14,579 nucleotides of DNA from Lysobacteraceae bacterium (lineage in GTDB: Bacteria > Pseudomonadota > Gammaproteobacteria > Xanthomonadales > Xanthomonadaceae): positions 1 through 14,579 of the forward strand of contig JAITWM010000040.1 of the NCBI GenBank assembly GCA_031285265.1, in the 5' to 3' direction. Below, piece after piece: positions 6,425-14,579 of the stretch (its first letter is position 1; each line of letters begins with the position of its first letter). The position numbers and the translations under genes were made by a program. The notes under the pieces were generated by a model. It was not told the DNA's origin, ran no database searches, and saw only the letters and a list, made by a program, of their open reading frames with translations.

Positions 6425-7645
6425 ATGAACACGAATCACTACGAACTGCTGCATGACGAAGGCACACCGGTCCCGATCAAGGGCTGGATACAAGGCGTCC
6501 CCGTCGACGAACTTGCACGGCGACAATTACAGAATATCGCTTCGCTGCCGTTCGTCGGTCCCTGGGTCGCCGTGATGCCGGATGTGCATTTGGGCAAAGG
6601 CGCGACGGTCGGCTCGGTCATTCCGACATTCGGCGCGATCATTCCCGCCGCCGTCGGTGTCGACATCGGCTGCGGAATGGCGGCCATACGAACCACATTG
6701 CGCGCCGATGACCTTCCCGACGATCTGGCCCGCCTGCGCGCCGCGATCGAACGCAATATTCCGGTCGGTAACGGCAACGGCGGCGAACATCGCAAGTTAC
6801 CGGATAGTGTGGAGACCCAACTGGAGCGATCCGGTCTGATGCCTCGATTGCATGCCATCAAGGAAAAACATCGCCGGATCCGTATCGACAAGATCGAGCG
6901 GCAACTCGGAACTCTGGGCGGAGGCAATCACTTCATCGAAATCTGTCTGGACGAAACCGGTGCCGTCTGGGTGATGCTGCATTCCGGCTCGCGCGGTACC
7001 GGTAACTTGATGGGCACTTATTTCATTGAACTGGCGCGCGAACGACTCTCGAAACGAGTATTGGGCTTCCATGTACCGGACAAGGATCTGGCTTTCTTCA
7101 TGGAAGGCGAGCCTTTGTTCGACGATTATGTCGAAGCAGTATCCTGGGCGCAGGATTATGCAAGACATAATCGGGAATCGATGATGACGCGTCTGTTACA
7201 GGAAATGCGCCGTCACCTGCCCCGATTCCAGACCGATAAACTTGCCGTGAACTGCCATCACAATTATGTGCAACGTGAAACCCACAACGGCCGATCATTG
7301 CTGGTGACCCGCAAAGGCGCCGTCAGCGCGCAAGTGGGCCAATTGGGCATCATTCCCGGCAGCATGGGAACGCGCAGCTATATCGTGCGCGGCAAAGGGA
7401 ACCCGGACAGTTTCTGCAGTTGCAGTCACGGCGCGGGGCGTGTGATGAGCCGAACCGAGGCCAGACGCACCATCACGTTGAAACAGCACCGCGACGCTAC
7501 GGCGCATGTGGAGTGCCGCAAGGATAAAGCGGTGGTCGACGAATCACCGGCAGCATACAAATCAATCGACGCTGTAATGCATGCTCAGCGCGATCTGGTT
7601 GAAATCGTGCATACCCTACGGCAAGTATTATGCGTCAAAGGCTAA
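6425..7645 (+). CDS. rtcB: RtcB-family RNA 3'-phosphate ligase (RNA-splicing ligase RtcB).
   Basis: The 406-aa protein is collinear with enterobacterial RtcB along its whole length (recalled sequence). Matching blocks include VAVMPDVHLGKGATVGSVIPT..AIIPAAVGVDIGCGM, GTLGGGNHFIEICLDE, HSGSRG, NCHHNYV, VTRKGA, GIIPGSMG, SFCSCSHGAGR and the C-terminal TLRQVLCVKG. Confidence 0.9.
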   Translation: MNTNHYELLHDEGTPVPIKGWIQGVPVDELARRQLQNIASLPFVGPWVAVMPDVHLGKGATVGSVIPTFGAIIPAAVGVDIGCGMAAIRTTLRADDLPDDLARLRAAIERNIPVGNGNGGEHRKLPDSVETQLERSGLMPRLHAIKEKHRRIRIDKIERQLGTLGGGNHFIEICLDETGAVWVMLHSGSRGTGNLMGTYFIELARERLSKRVLGFHVPDKDLAFFMEGEPLFDDYVEAVSWAQDYARHNRESMMTRLLQEMRRHLPRFQTDKLAVNCHHNYVQRETHNGRSLLVTRKGAVSAQVGQLGIIPGSMGTRSYIVRGKGNPDSFCSCSHGAGRVMSRTEARRTITLKQHRDATAHVECRKDKAVVDESPAAYKSIDAVMHAQRDLVEIVHTLRQVLCVKG

Positions 7646-7677
7646 CGTTCAAAAATTATCGCGTTGCAGCGATGCTG

Positions 7678-7707
7678 GCGCCGTTTCCTGAGAACGGCGC
7701 TTTTTTT
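7678..7707 (+). terminator. Rho-independent terminator for rtcB: stem GCGCCGTT / AACGGCGC (8 bp), loop TCCTGAG, then TTTTTTT.
   Basis: Read directly. The stem sits ~33 nt after the rtcB stop and has a 7-T tail. An A-run on the other side gives it a bidirectional look with respect to the convergent - strand genes. Confidence 0.8.
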
Positions 7708-7797
7708 ATCCGTACCGCGAATGGACATGCAATGCTACGGACGAAAGCCCGCGGTATCGCGATCTCCCATCCGATTGGTCAACACGCAACGGCCTAT

Positions 7798-8199
7798 CTA
7801 ACGCGCGACATCCCGTTCGGCCGAAATCTCACGAGCCCCCTCTTTAACGGTTTCATCCGATAGACGAAAAAGTGTTTCCGTGATCGGATATAGTTTCTGA
7901 ATGGTATTTTCCAAGAAAAAATAATGTTTTATATAGAAACTCAATGTAACCAGCACGATACCGGCCACCGCCAGGAATTCCCATATCGGCCACACTCTGA
8001 CGCAAATCATCAGACACAAGAATAAGGCCGCAAAGAAAAACGTAACCAGCAGATGGATCAACCGCTCATGTTGAAACGCAACGACCTGCGCCGAATGAAA
8101 ATCCCGTAGAAGCCGCAATCGTGACGGCTCTCGCTCCACCGCGATTTCCGCCACCAGCGCAGTCATCAGGACGATATAGGCTTTGAGTTGTTTTTCCAT
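7798..8199 (-). CDS. Hypothetical membrane protein (133 aa). It has a cytosolic N-terminal ~50 aa, two transmembrane helices and a ~45-aa tail. The coding sequence is AT-rich.
   Basis: GGAGG lies 11 nt upstream of ATG 8199 on the - strand. The two hydrophobic helices are LLVTFFFAALFLCLMICV and FLAVAGIVLVTLSFYI. The 3' third of the gene is markedly AT-rich (7860-7990), unlike its neighbours. No family was recognised. Confidence 0.55.
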   Translation of the reverse strand: MEKQLKAYIVLMTALVAEIAVEREPSRLRLLRDFHSAQVVAFQHERLIHLLVTFFFAALFLCLMICVRVWPIWEFLAVAGIVLVTLSFYIKHYFFLENTIQKLYPITETLFRLSDETVKEGAREISAERDVAR

Positions 8200-8279
8200 G
8201 GATATGCCGTACCTCCGCCATTGTGTGACAACATCGATTCAAGCGATTTCACCGAAACCGTTCCGGTATATCGTATCGA

Positions 8280-8537
8280 TCACACTTTTTCGGCCATCAA
8301 TGATGGACCCGCATAATGCCGGGATTTCTGTTCCAACCACTGCGCCAATTCGCTCCGCCGGATTTTCCCCTGTTTGGCGCGATCGAGACACTCGAGCATG
8401 TATTTGCGTTTATCGACATCCTCACCGGCAAACGACAATGCCAGATCCCGATCCATCCATCTACGTATCCGCCAGTACAGCCAAGCATGCAATCCAAGCG
8501 CCGAAACCGTTGCGACCGCCACGATGAAATAGCTCAT
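8280..8537 (-). CDS. Hypothetical small membrane-anchored protein (85 aa): an N-terminal transmembrane helix plus a ~60-aa charged cytosolic domain.
   Basis: The start was chosen at ATG 8537 (MSYFIVAVATVSALGLHAWLYW...) because AAGAGG lies 7-12 nt upstream. The longer 8588 start has no SD. The gene is co-oriented with, and 80 nt upstream of, the 7798..8199 gene. No family was recognised. Confidence 0.45.
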   Translation of the reverse strand: MSYFIVAVATVSALGLHAWLYWRIRRWMDRDLALSFAGEDVDKRKYMLECLDRAKQGKIRRSELAQWLEQKSRHYAGPSLMAEKV

Positions 8538-9090
8538 TGCTGAACCTCTTGCGGATGCTATCCGTCCAACCGATGCCAATGCACGCATTCTACTCGTTAC
8601 GTGGTGCGCGTTCTCATGGCATATCCTCCTGCACCGCCGGCGCGGCGGTTATCGCCACATGGCAACCGCACTGCCGCGCAAGTCTTCTATGTACCGTCGG
8701 AGTTTATCTATTCCGGTATCTGCCATACGAAATCTCCGGCCCGGCGTTTCCGTTCGGATTGACGACACTCGCCGGACTGAGGATTTGCAAAAGACGTCTC
8801 GGCAAATCAGTTAAGACTCGCCGTAGCCCCGAAAATCAGGGAAGAACCGCATAGAACACGCGAGCGACAGCATCCCATGGAGTGCGTGTCCCGGACCATT
8901 CCCGACACTGTCGTCCCGACGCACGAAAAATCGTAAGCGGGTTTTGAAGGAACCGGCCGAACGAGCAACAGACGCTTCCGCGATTGTCCGTTTTCATGCA
9001 TTCCCACCCGTCGGTTGCACCGCCGTCCCCGGCTGGTCGGCTCCTTCCTATATTCGAATCGACGCGCACCGTGGATGAGGCACGCCTATG

Positions 9091-10143
9091 TCAGCCGGCC
9101 TTCTTCAACGTCGCGATATCGATCACGAAGCGATAGTGCACATCCCCTTTGAGCATCCGCTCATACGCATCGTTGATGTACCCGGCATCGATCAGCTCGA
9201 TATCCGAAGCGATACCATGCTCGGCACAGAAGTCGAGCATTTCCTGAGTCTCACGAATGCCGCCGATCAACGACCCTCCCAATTTGCGCCGCTGCATGAT
9301 CAGCGCGCCAGCGGCTACCGGCGCCGGCCGCTCCGGGATGCCCAGCAACACCATCGTGCCATCCGTCCGCAACAATGACAGATACAAGTTGTAATCGTGC
9401 GGTGCAGATACCGTATCGATGATGAAATCGAAGCGCTTCGACAATGCCTTGAAGGCGGCCTTGTCGCGAACAACCGTGAATGCGTGCGCTCCCAATTGCA
9501 TCGCCGCTTCGCGTTTGGCTTCAGATGTGCTCAATACCGTGACTTCCGCACTCAGCGCACGACTAAACTTGACCGCCATATGTCCCAATCCGCCCAGCCC
9601 GACGACCCCCAGCCGATCCCCGGCCTTCAAACCATAATGCCGCAACGGCGAATAGGTGGTGATACCGGCACACAGCAGCGGTGCAGCGCGATCGAGAGGA
9701 ATCGATTCCGGAATCCGGAGCACATAATCCTCATGCACCGTGATCCGCGTGGAATAACCACCATACGTCGGCACCTGAGTACCATGTTCGTAACCGTTGT
9801 ACGTGGGGGTCATTCCCTGTTCGCAGTACTGCTCTTCACCCATTTTGCACTGCTCGCATTCGCGGCAGGAATCGACAAAACAACCGACCCCCACCGAGTC
9901 GCCCACATTGTATTTACTGACGCCTGCGCCGATCTTCGCCACTTTGCCGACGATTTCATGTCCCGGCACCATCGGAAAAATCGCACCGCCCCATTCGTCA
10001 CAAACCTGATGCAAATCGGAATGACAGACACCGCAGTACAAAATGTCGATCGATATTTCATGAGGCCCTGGTTCACGCCGATCGATCGTATAAGGCGCCA
10101 GCGAGGCTTTAGCGGTAAGTGCGGCATAAGCAGCGGTTTTCAC
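9091..10143 (-). CDS. Zinc-dependent NAD(P)-alcohol dehydrogenase of the cinnamyl-alcohol-dehydrogenase / YahK-like subfamily.
   Basis: Zn-ADH hallmarks are present: GVCHSDLH, GHEIVG, the structural-zinc Cys cluster CRECEQCKMGEEQYC, and the Rossmann motif GVVGLGGLGHMAVKF. The start was set at GTG 10143 (VKTAAYAA...). An AGGAG SD sits 8 nt upstream of it, and the N-terminus then matches the MKIKAVGAY type. The upstream ATG 10176 has no SD. Confidence 0.85.
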   Translation of the reverse strand: MKTAAYAALTAKASLAPYTIDRREPGPHEISIDILYCGVCHSDLHQVCDEWGGAIFPMVPGHEIVGKVAKIGAGVSKYNVGDSVGVGCFVDSCRECEQCKMGEEQYCEQGMTPTYNGYEHGTQVPTYGGYSTRITVHEDYVLRIPESIPLDRAAPLLCAGITTYSPLRHYGLKAGDRLGVVGLGGLGHMAVKFSRALSAEVTVLSTSEAKREAAMQLGAHAFTVVRDKAAFKALSKRFDFIIDTVSAPHDYNLYLSLLRTDGTMVLLGIPERPAPVAAGALIMQRRKLGGSLIGGIRETQEMLDFCAEHGIASDIELIDAGYINDAYERMLKGDVHYRFVIDIATLKKAG

Positions 10144-10289
10144 GAACGGACTCCTGCATGACGAGATGCCGCTCAATCTAACCCGAACGCTCGAAATATA
10201 TTGTGCACAGACTAAATACCCGGGAAAAATACAGTCCCGGCATGCGCCATGACGCGACGCTATTCGTCACGTCCTCTGCTGTTCGTATC

Positions 10290-10314
10290 GGACATCGTAA
10301 CGGAATCGATGTCC
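10290..10314. promoter_or_regulatory. Perfect 8-bp inverted repeat GGACATCG-N9-CGATGTCC in the ADH upstream region. It is a candidate operator, or alternatively a hairpin after the KAS III gene.
   Basis: Read directly from the sequence, ~150 bp upstream of the ADH start on the - strand. No T-tract is associated with it. Confidence 0.3.
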
Positions 10315-10552
10315 TGCATTGCCGGGGGCTCGTGACCGGCACCACACCCGGCAACCCGCCCCGCACCATTGAAATCCGCACGCCTCGTACACCGCGCATC
10401 CACAGCGCAATGCGTGTTTCATCCGTATCGTGGTTTCATCGTGGCAACGATACCGTCGTTCCGAAGGCAGGCAACCGTGCATAAAAGGCACTCACCCGCT
10501 TCACGCCGTCACTCTCTATGACAAAAGGTGCAGAGAAAGCCCGGCCGGCGTA

Positions 10553-11569
10553 TTACCAGACGACCTCTGCAATCGTGCAATTCAGACCCGAACCCACTCC
10601 GACCAGCGCAATGCGGTCTCCCTTTTTCAGTTTCCCCAATTCCTTGAGCTTGCTGAGCACGATCGGAACCCCGGCAGGGCCGATATTGCCATGGTCGCCG
10701 AAAATGGTCATGACTTTCTTCGCATCCATACCAATCGCCCTGATCAAGGCCCGGGTATGCACCTTGCTGACCTGATGAATAACGAATTGATCCAGCTCGT
10801 CCACGACCCAGCCCAATGCCTGCTTGGCAATATCGAACGTTTTCTGCGCCAAGCGTATACCTTCGACCATCAGCGTCTGTGGATCCGAGATCATCATATC
10901 CGGATTGCCGCGGCACAATTGGTTCCACTCGGAAGCCGAGCGGGTAATTCCGCCTTTGTATCGCGGCGCGTCGGGCACCAGATCCCGATGCGCCAAGACC
11001 ATCGCGGCGGCGCCGGAACCCAATGTCAATGTCGCCAGCTCGCGATTGAACTGCTCTTCCGTGATGTTCGGATCGCTCATCCGTTCGAGCGTCTTCTCGT
11101 AAACCAAGTTCATCGTTTCGGCATCCACGACTAAGGCATAATCGATCTCTCCATATTCGATCATGCGCGCAGCAACATCCATGCCATTGATGAATGCCAG
11201 ACAGGCATTGGCGATGTCGAAACTCTGACAATGTCCGCCCAGACCCAGATTGCCGGCCACGATGCTGGCCGTGGAAGGTTCCAGATAATCGCGGCTGACC
11301 GAGGTATTGATCAGCAGGCCGACCCGGCTCGGCTCGATACCGGCATCCTCCATTGCCTTGCGGCCAGCCAGCGTGGCAGCATCGGACGCCCGCGTACCTT
11401 CATCCCACATCCGGCGCGAATGGATACCAGCGACGGCGCGGAGCACATCGGCTTTAATGCCGAGGCGTCCCAGCGTCGGCCTGAGACGCTGGTTGATTTC
11501 ATCGGAGGTCAATGTAATGGGCGCATCGACATGCGCCAGACCTGCAATCGCTACATTCTTATAAAGCAT
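10553..11569 (-). CDS. 3-oxoacyl-ACP synthase III (FabH-like KAS III) family condensing enzyme.
   Basis: The 338-aa protein has a thiolase fold and all three residues of the Cys-His-Asn triad: NACLAF (Cys), FVIHQVS (His) and GDHGNIGPAG (Asn). The overlapping ORFs 10509..11231(-) and 10430..11134(+) are alternate-frame artefacts. Confidence 0.85.
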   Translation of the reverse strand: MLYKNVAIAGLAHVDAPITLTSDEINQRLRPTLGRLGIKADVLRAVAGIHSRRMWDEGTRASDAATLAGRKAMEDAGIEPSRVGLLINTSVSRDYLEPSTASIVAGNLGLGGHCQSFDIANACLAFINGMDVAARMIEYGEIDYALVVDAETMNLVYEKTLERMSDPNITEEQFNRELATLTLGSGAAAMVLAHRDLVPDAPRYKGGITRSASEWNQLCRGNPDMMISDPQTLMVEGIRLAQKTFDIAKQALGWVVDELDQFVIHQVSKVHTRALIRAIGMDAKKVMTIFGDHGNIGPAGVPIVLSKLKELGKLKKGDRIALVGVGSGLNCTIAEVVW

Positions 11570-11679
11570 GACCCCGCCCGAACTGGAAAATCTTGGAACC
11601 TCGTATTCTAGCCGGTTACGCTCTACATGACATCTTCTTCGATCGTCAACAGTTCTTCACATCCCATTTCTGAGCGATC

Positions 11680-12006
11680 TCAGCGTCCCGGACATTGCCA
11701 GGCGGAAAACCATTGACTGCCTCCCAAAGGTTCGGTCATCGGCTGCACGGCATTGGCGCCCAGACCCAGTGCATCGTTCCGCGCCTGGGTTTCTAATTCG
11801 TCGCGGACCCGCAATGGATTGCGCTCGTAAAAAGCGACGTTGCGCTTAACCGTGACGCCGATCTCACCACGCTTCTGGCAACCGGCCGTGGACGCGTCAG
11901 CGGCCAGTACCCGGACAACCTTGGCCTCCGGTTTCAGCGGCACCCAATTGCACGCGACAAGCAATAGCGATGACGTCACCAAAATGAATAAGGAATGTAC
12001 ACGCAT
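11680..12006 (-). CDS. Small lipoprotein (108 aa), function unknown.
   Basis: AGGAG lies 10 nt upstream of ATG 12006. The signal peptide MRVHSLFILVTSSLLLVAC has an LVAC lipobox. Two further Cys residues are present in the mature part. Confidence 0.6.
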   Translation of the reverse strand: MRVHSLFILVTSSLLLVACNWVPLKPEAKVVRVLAADASTAGCQKRGEIGVTVKRNVAFYERNPLRVRDELETQARNDALGLGANAVQPMTEPLGGSQWFSAWQCPGR

Positions 12007-12156
12007 GAACCGAAGTCTCCTGGAAAATCACGCGTATTGTGCCGGATATCACCGTGCATTCGACAACTCGATCCAACATATCGACAGCACTACCCACTCT
12101 TCAAGCAGTCGCGGAACCAGACGACTCCCCCGCTCCCGCATCAGGCCTGTCCTGTT

Positions 12157-14579
12157 TCATAGCTGTGTGACCGGATTCCCGTCGGAGTCGATAATCCGCA
12201 CCTCGCCCAAATCAAGCGCCCGGACCGGCGCTTCGATTTGTTTCAGATCACCGACGATGACCCACGTCAGTCTTGAAGGATCCAATGTCGCCGCCGCTTC
12301 CCGCACCGATACCGGCGTCAGGCGCTCAATCTCGGCACGGCGAAGGAACACGTAATCATCCGGACGGGCATAACGTACGATGCCGCCGATGGCGCCCAAT
12401 ACCGCTCTCGCCGTCTCATACGCTCCGGGCAAGCCGCGTATTTCCGCGGCCTGGACCTTGGCGACCTCTTCCGCCGTCGGTGGTGCCTTGCCGGTCGCAT
12501 ACTCGGCGATTTCGCGATGCATTTCCCGCAACGCCTCAGCCGTCTTATCGATCTGCACCGGTGCGAACGCAAGCCAAGGACGTTGACCGACAGCCCCGGA
12601 AGTAAAGGAATAAGCGCCATAGGCCCAATGCTTGTCTTCGCGCAGATTCATATTCAGACGCGACGAAAACTCACCGCCAAGCACAGCATTGGCGATGTCG
12701 AACCGCAATGCACCCGGATCCATCGTCGAAGGCACGAGTTGCCCGACGAAAAGATTGGCCTGTATCGCTCCTGGTTGATCGATCAGGTACACCTGCGATG
12801 CTCCCGGCCGGGGAGCCTGCGGTATTGCCGTTTCCACCGGCGCGACACCTTTGCCGCGCCAATTACCGAAATGTCTTTCCAGAATCGGCATGATCTCGGC
12901 AAGCGTCGTGTCACCGACGACGATCAATGTCGCATTTTCCGGACGAATCCACTCGCGTTGGAACCGCAGCAGATCTTCGCGCTGCAGCGATTGAATCGAC
13001 GCTTCAGTACCGGTTCCACTGAACGGAATCGCATAAGGGTGGCCCGCCCCATACAGCAACGGTGGCATCACTCGCAGCGCAGCGCCATTGGGTCGTGCTT
13101 TCTCCTGACGAATTCCCGCTACCCAAGTCGCTTTGACGCGATCGACTTCGTGCGGGTCGAAATGCGGGTGCTTCAACAATGTGGAGAACAGCGCAACCGA
13201 TGGATCGAGATTTTCCTTCAACGCGGACAGATAGGCATTACTGCCATCGAGCGTCGCTTGTGCATTCAACTCTACGCCCAACGACTCGCGACGATCTCGA
13301 AACGCCAACGCACCCAGATCACCTGCGCCTTCGGCCAACATCACCATCGCGAAATTGGCTGTACCAAGCCGATCATGATCGTCGGTTCTCGCCCCGCCCT
13401 TGAAACCATAACTCATCTGTACGATGGGGATATCGTGTCTTTCCGCCAGAATGACCTGGGTGCCGTTTTTCAGCCGGGCGCGCTGCAGTTCCGGAAACTT
13501 CAGTTCGGGAAAAACCGTCGGAATCTGCACTCCCTGGCTGCGGTCGACTTCGCTGGGCACTGTCGTATAACGCGGATCGACCGCCGGTAAGGACCAAGGA
13601 GCTGGTTCGCTCGACGATTCCTCGGGTAGCGGCGTGCGGTCGCCCGGCGCTACGACTAGCGTATGGTCACCCGAACTCAACCACTTCACGCCGGCCGCCT
13701 GGATCTGCTTGGGTGTCGCCGCGTTGATGATATCCAGCGAACGACGGAAGCAGCCGGGATCATCCTCGTAAATTGCACATTCAGCCAACGTATCGGCCTT
13801 GCCTCCAAAACCACCGATACGCTCGATACCGCGAATGAACCCAGCCCGAAACACGGTCTGGGCCCGCGTCAGTTCTGCCGCGCTCGGGCCATCGGCCAGT
13901 AATCGCGCCAATTCTTCATGGATGATCGCTTCGACGCGCTGCGGATCCACACCTTCCTTGACACTACTGGCAATGACGAACGTCGAGCCCAATTGAGCGG
14001 AATTGAGACTGGCGCTGACGCCATCGACCAGTTTGTCCTGGTGCAGCAACCGCCGGTCCAGCCGCGAGGACGCACTGCCGCCCAGAATATGAGCGAACAG
14101 TTGTAATTGATCGTGATCGACAGTGCCTATCTGCGTAACGTTCCATACCTGATAGATCCGCGGCTGCGGTACGACATCATGAACAAGCTCGCGCGTGGCG
14201 CGTTCCCGTTTGGCCACATCCACCGGCGGCTGCGCCATGGTCGGCGTCGCGGGAATATCTCCGAAGTAACGCCGCACTTTTTCTTTTGCCGTTTCGACAT
14301 CGATGTCGCCTGCCAGCACCAGCACCGCATTGTTCGGCCCGTACCATGTGCGGAACCAGTTCTTGACATCTTCGAGCGTCGCCGCGTTCAGATCGTTCAT
14401 GGAACCGATCACGCTGTGATGATAAGGATGTTCTTTCGGATAAATCGCCCGTCCCAACCGCTCCCGCACTTGTCCATAAGGCTGATTTTCGCTTTGCCGT
14501 TTTTCGTTCTGAACGACCCCGCGCTGCTCGTCCAACGTCTTTTGATCGATCGCATGGGGCACCTATTGGGTGCGATCGA
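12157..14579 (-). CDS. M16 (pitrilysin/insulinase) family zinc peptidase. The N-terminus, including the HxxEH motif, lies beyond the window edge.
   Basis: The window holds 800+ aa of open frame running off the 3' edge. The sequence has inactive-domain and second-half M16 architecture (...NDLNAATLEDVKNWFRTWYGPNNAVLVLAGDIDVE...; a second repeat ...LREDLLRFQREWIRPENATLIVVGD...). ORF 12517..13590(+) is an antisense artefact. Confidence 0.85.

Noticed and set aside
4991-6432. - strand ORFs 4991..5821 and 5521..6432, of 276 aa and 303 aa.
   Set aside because: They are antisense to the SPFH gene, which has a recognisable band-7 core and an SD. They have no family resemblance and are shadow ORFs.
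6439-7507. - strand ORFs inside rtcB: 6439..6927, 6797..7168 and 7295..7507.
   Set aside because: They are antisense to a full-length, well-conserved RtcB.
4724-9059. The 11-mer ATATTCGAATC shared between 4722 and 9049, considered as possible att-like island boundaries.
   Set aside because: An 11-mer pair is expected by chance many times over in 14.6 kb. The flanking sequence does not extend the match.
10267-10491. Cys/Trp-rich 74-aa - strand ORF in the KAS III-to-ADH intergenic region.
   Set aside because: It has no SD and no recognisable fold. Cys and Trp richness is expected from GC-rich sequence read out of frame.
10430-11231. ORFs 10430..11134(+) and 10509..11231(-) overlapping the KAS III gene.
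   Set aside because: They are alternate-frame artefacts. The KAS III frame carries the complete catalytic triad.
12517-13590. 357-aa + strand ORF inside the M16 peptidase gene.
   Set aside because: It is Arg-rich antisense junk with no motifs. The M16 frame is continuous for 800+ aa.
1-14579. CRISPR arrays, rRNA, integrase or recombinase genes, and toxin-antitoxin pairs.
   Set aside because: I found no regularly spaced direct repeats and no rRNA-like segments. No tyrosine- or serine-recombinase motifs appeared in any frame of the ORF-free regions.

Overview
The window reads as high-GC (~58%) proteobacterial chromosome. It has two core-like flanks and a central accessory stretch.

Left flank:
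- a partial EnvC-like coiled-coil peptidase activator (- strand, running off the 5' edge)
- an M28 peptidase lipoprotein
- a MAPEG membrane protein

Central accessory-looking segment (~3.3-8.6 kb):
- a frameshifted IS5-type transposase remnant
- a ~170-bp AT-rich block
- two tandem tRNA-like elements, one Phe(GAA)-like but non-canonical and one lacking a 5' acceptor strand
- a decayed upstream copy of the tRNA flank
- a long structured leader
- a soluble SPFH/band-7 protein with a triplicated N-terminal motif
- an RtcB RNA ligase with no rtcA or rtcR nearby, preceded by a dense GATC/ATCGATCG cluster
- a strong terminator after rtcB
- two small AT-rich membrane-protein genes on the - strand

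Right flank: a - strand run of zinc-type alcohol dehydrogenase, FabH-like KAS III, a small lipoprotein, and an M16 peptidase truncated at the window edge.

No CRISPR array, rRNA, integrase or intact mobile element was seen. The antisense ORFs in the supplied track that overlap the real genes are judged spurious.
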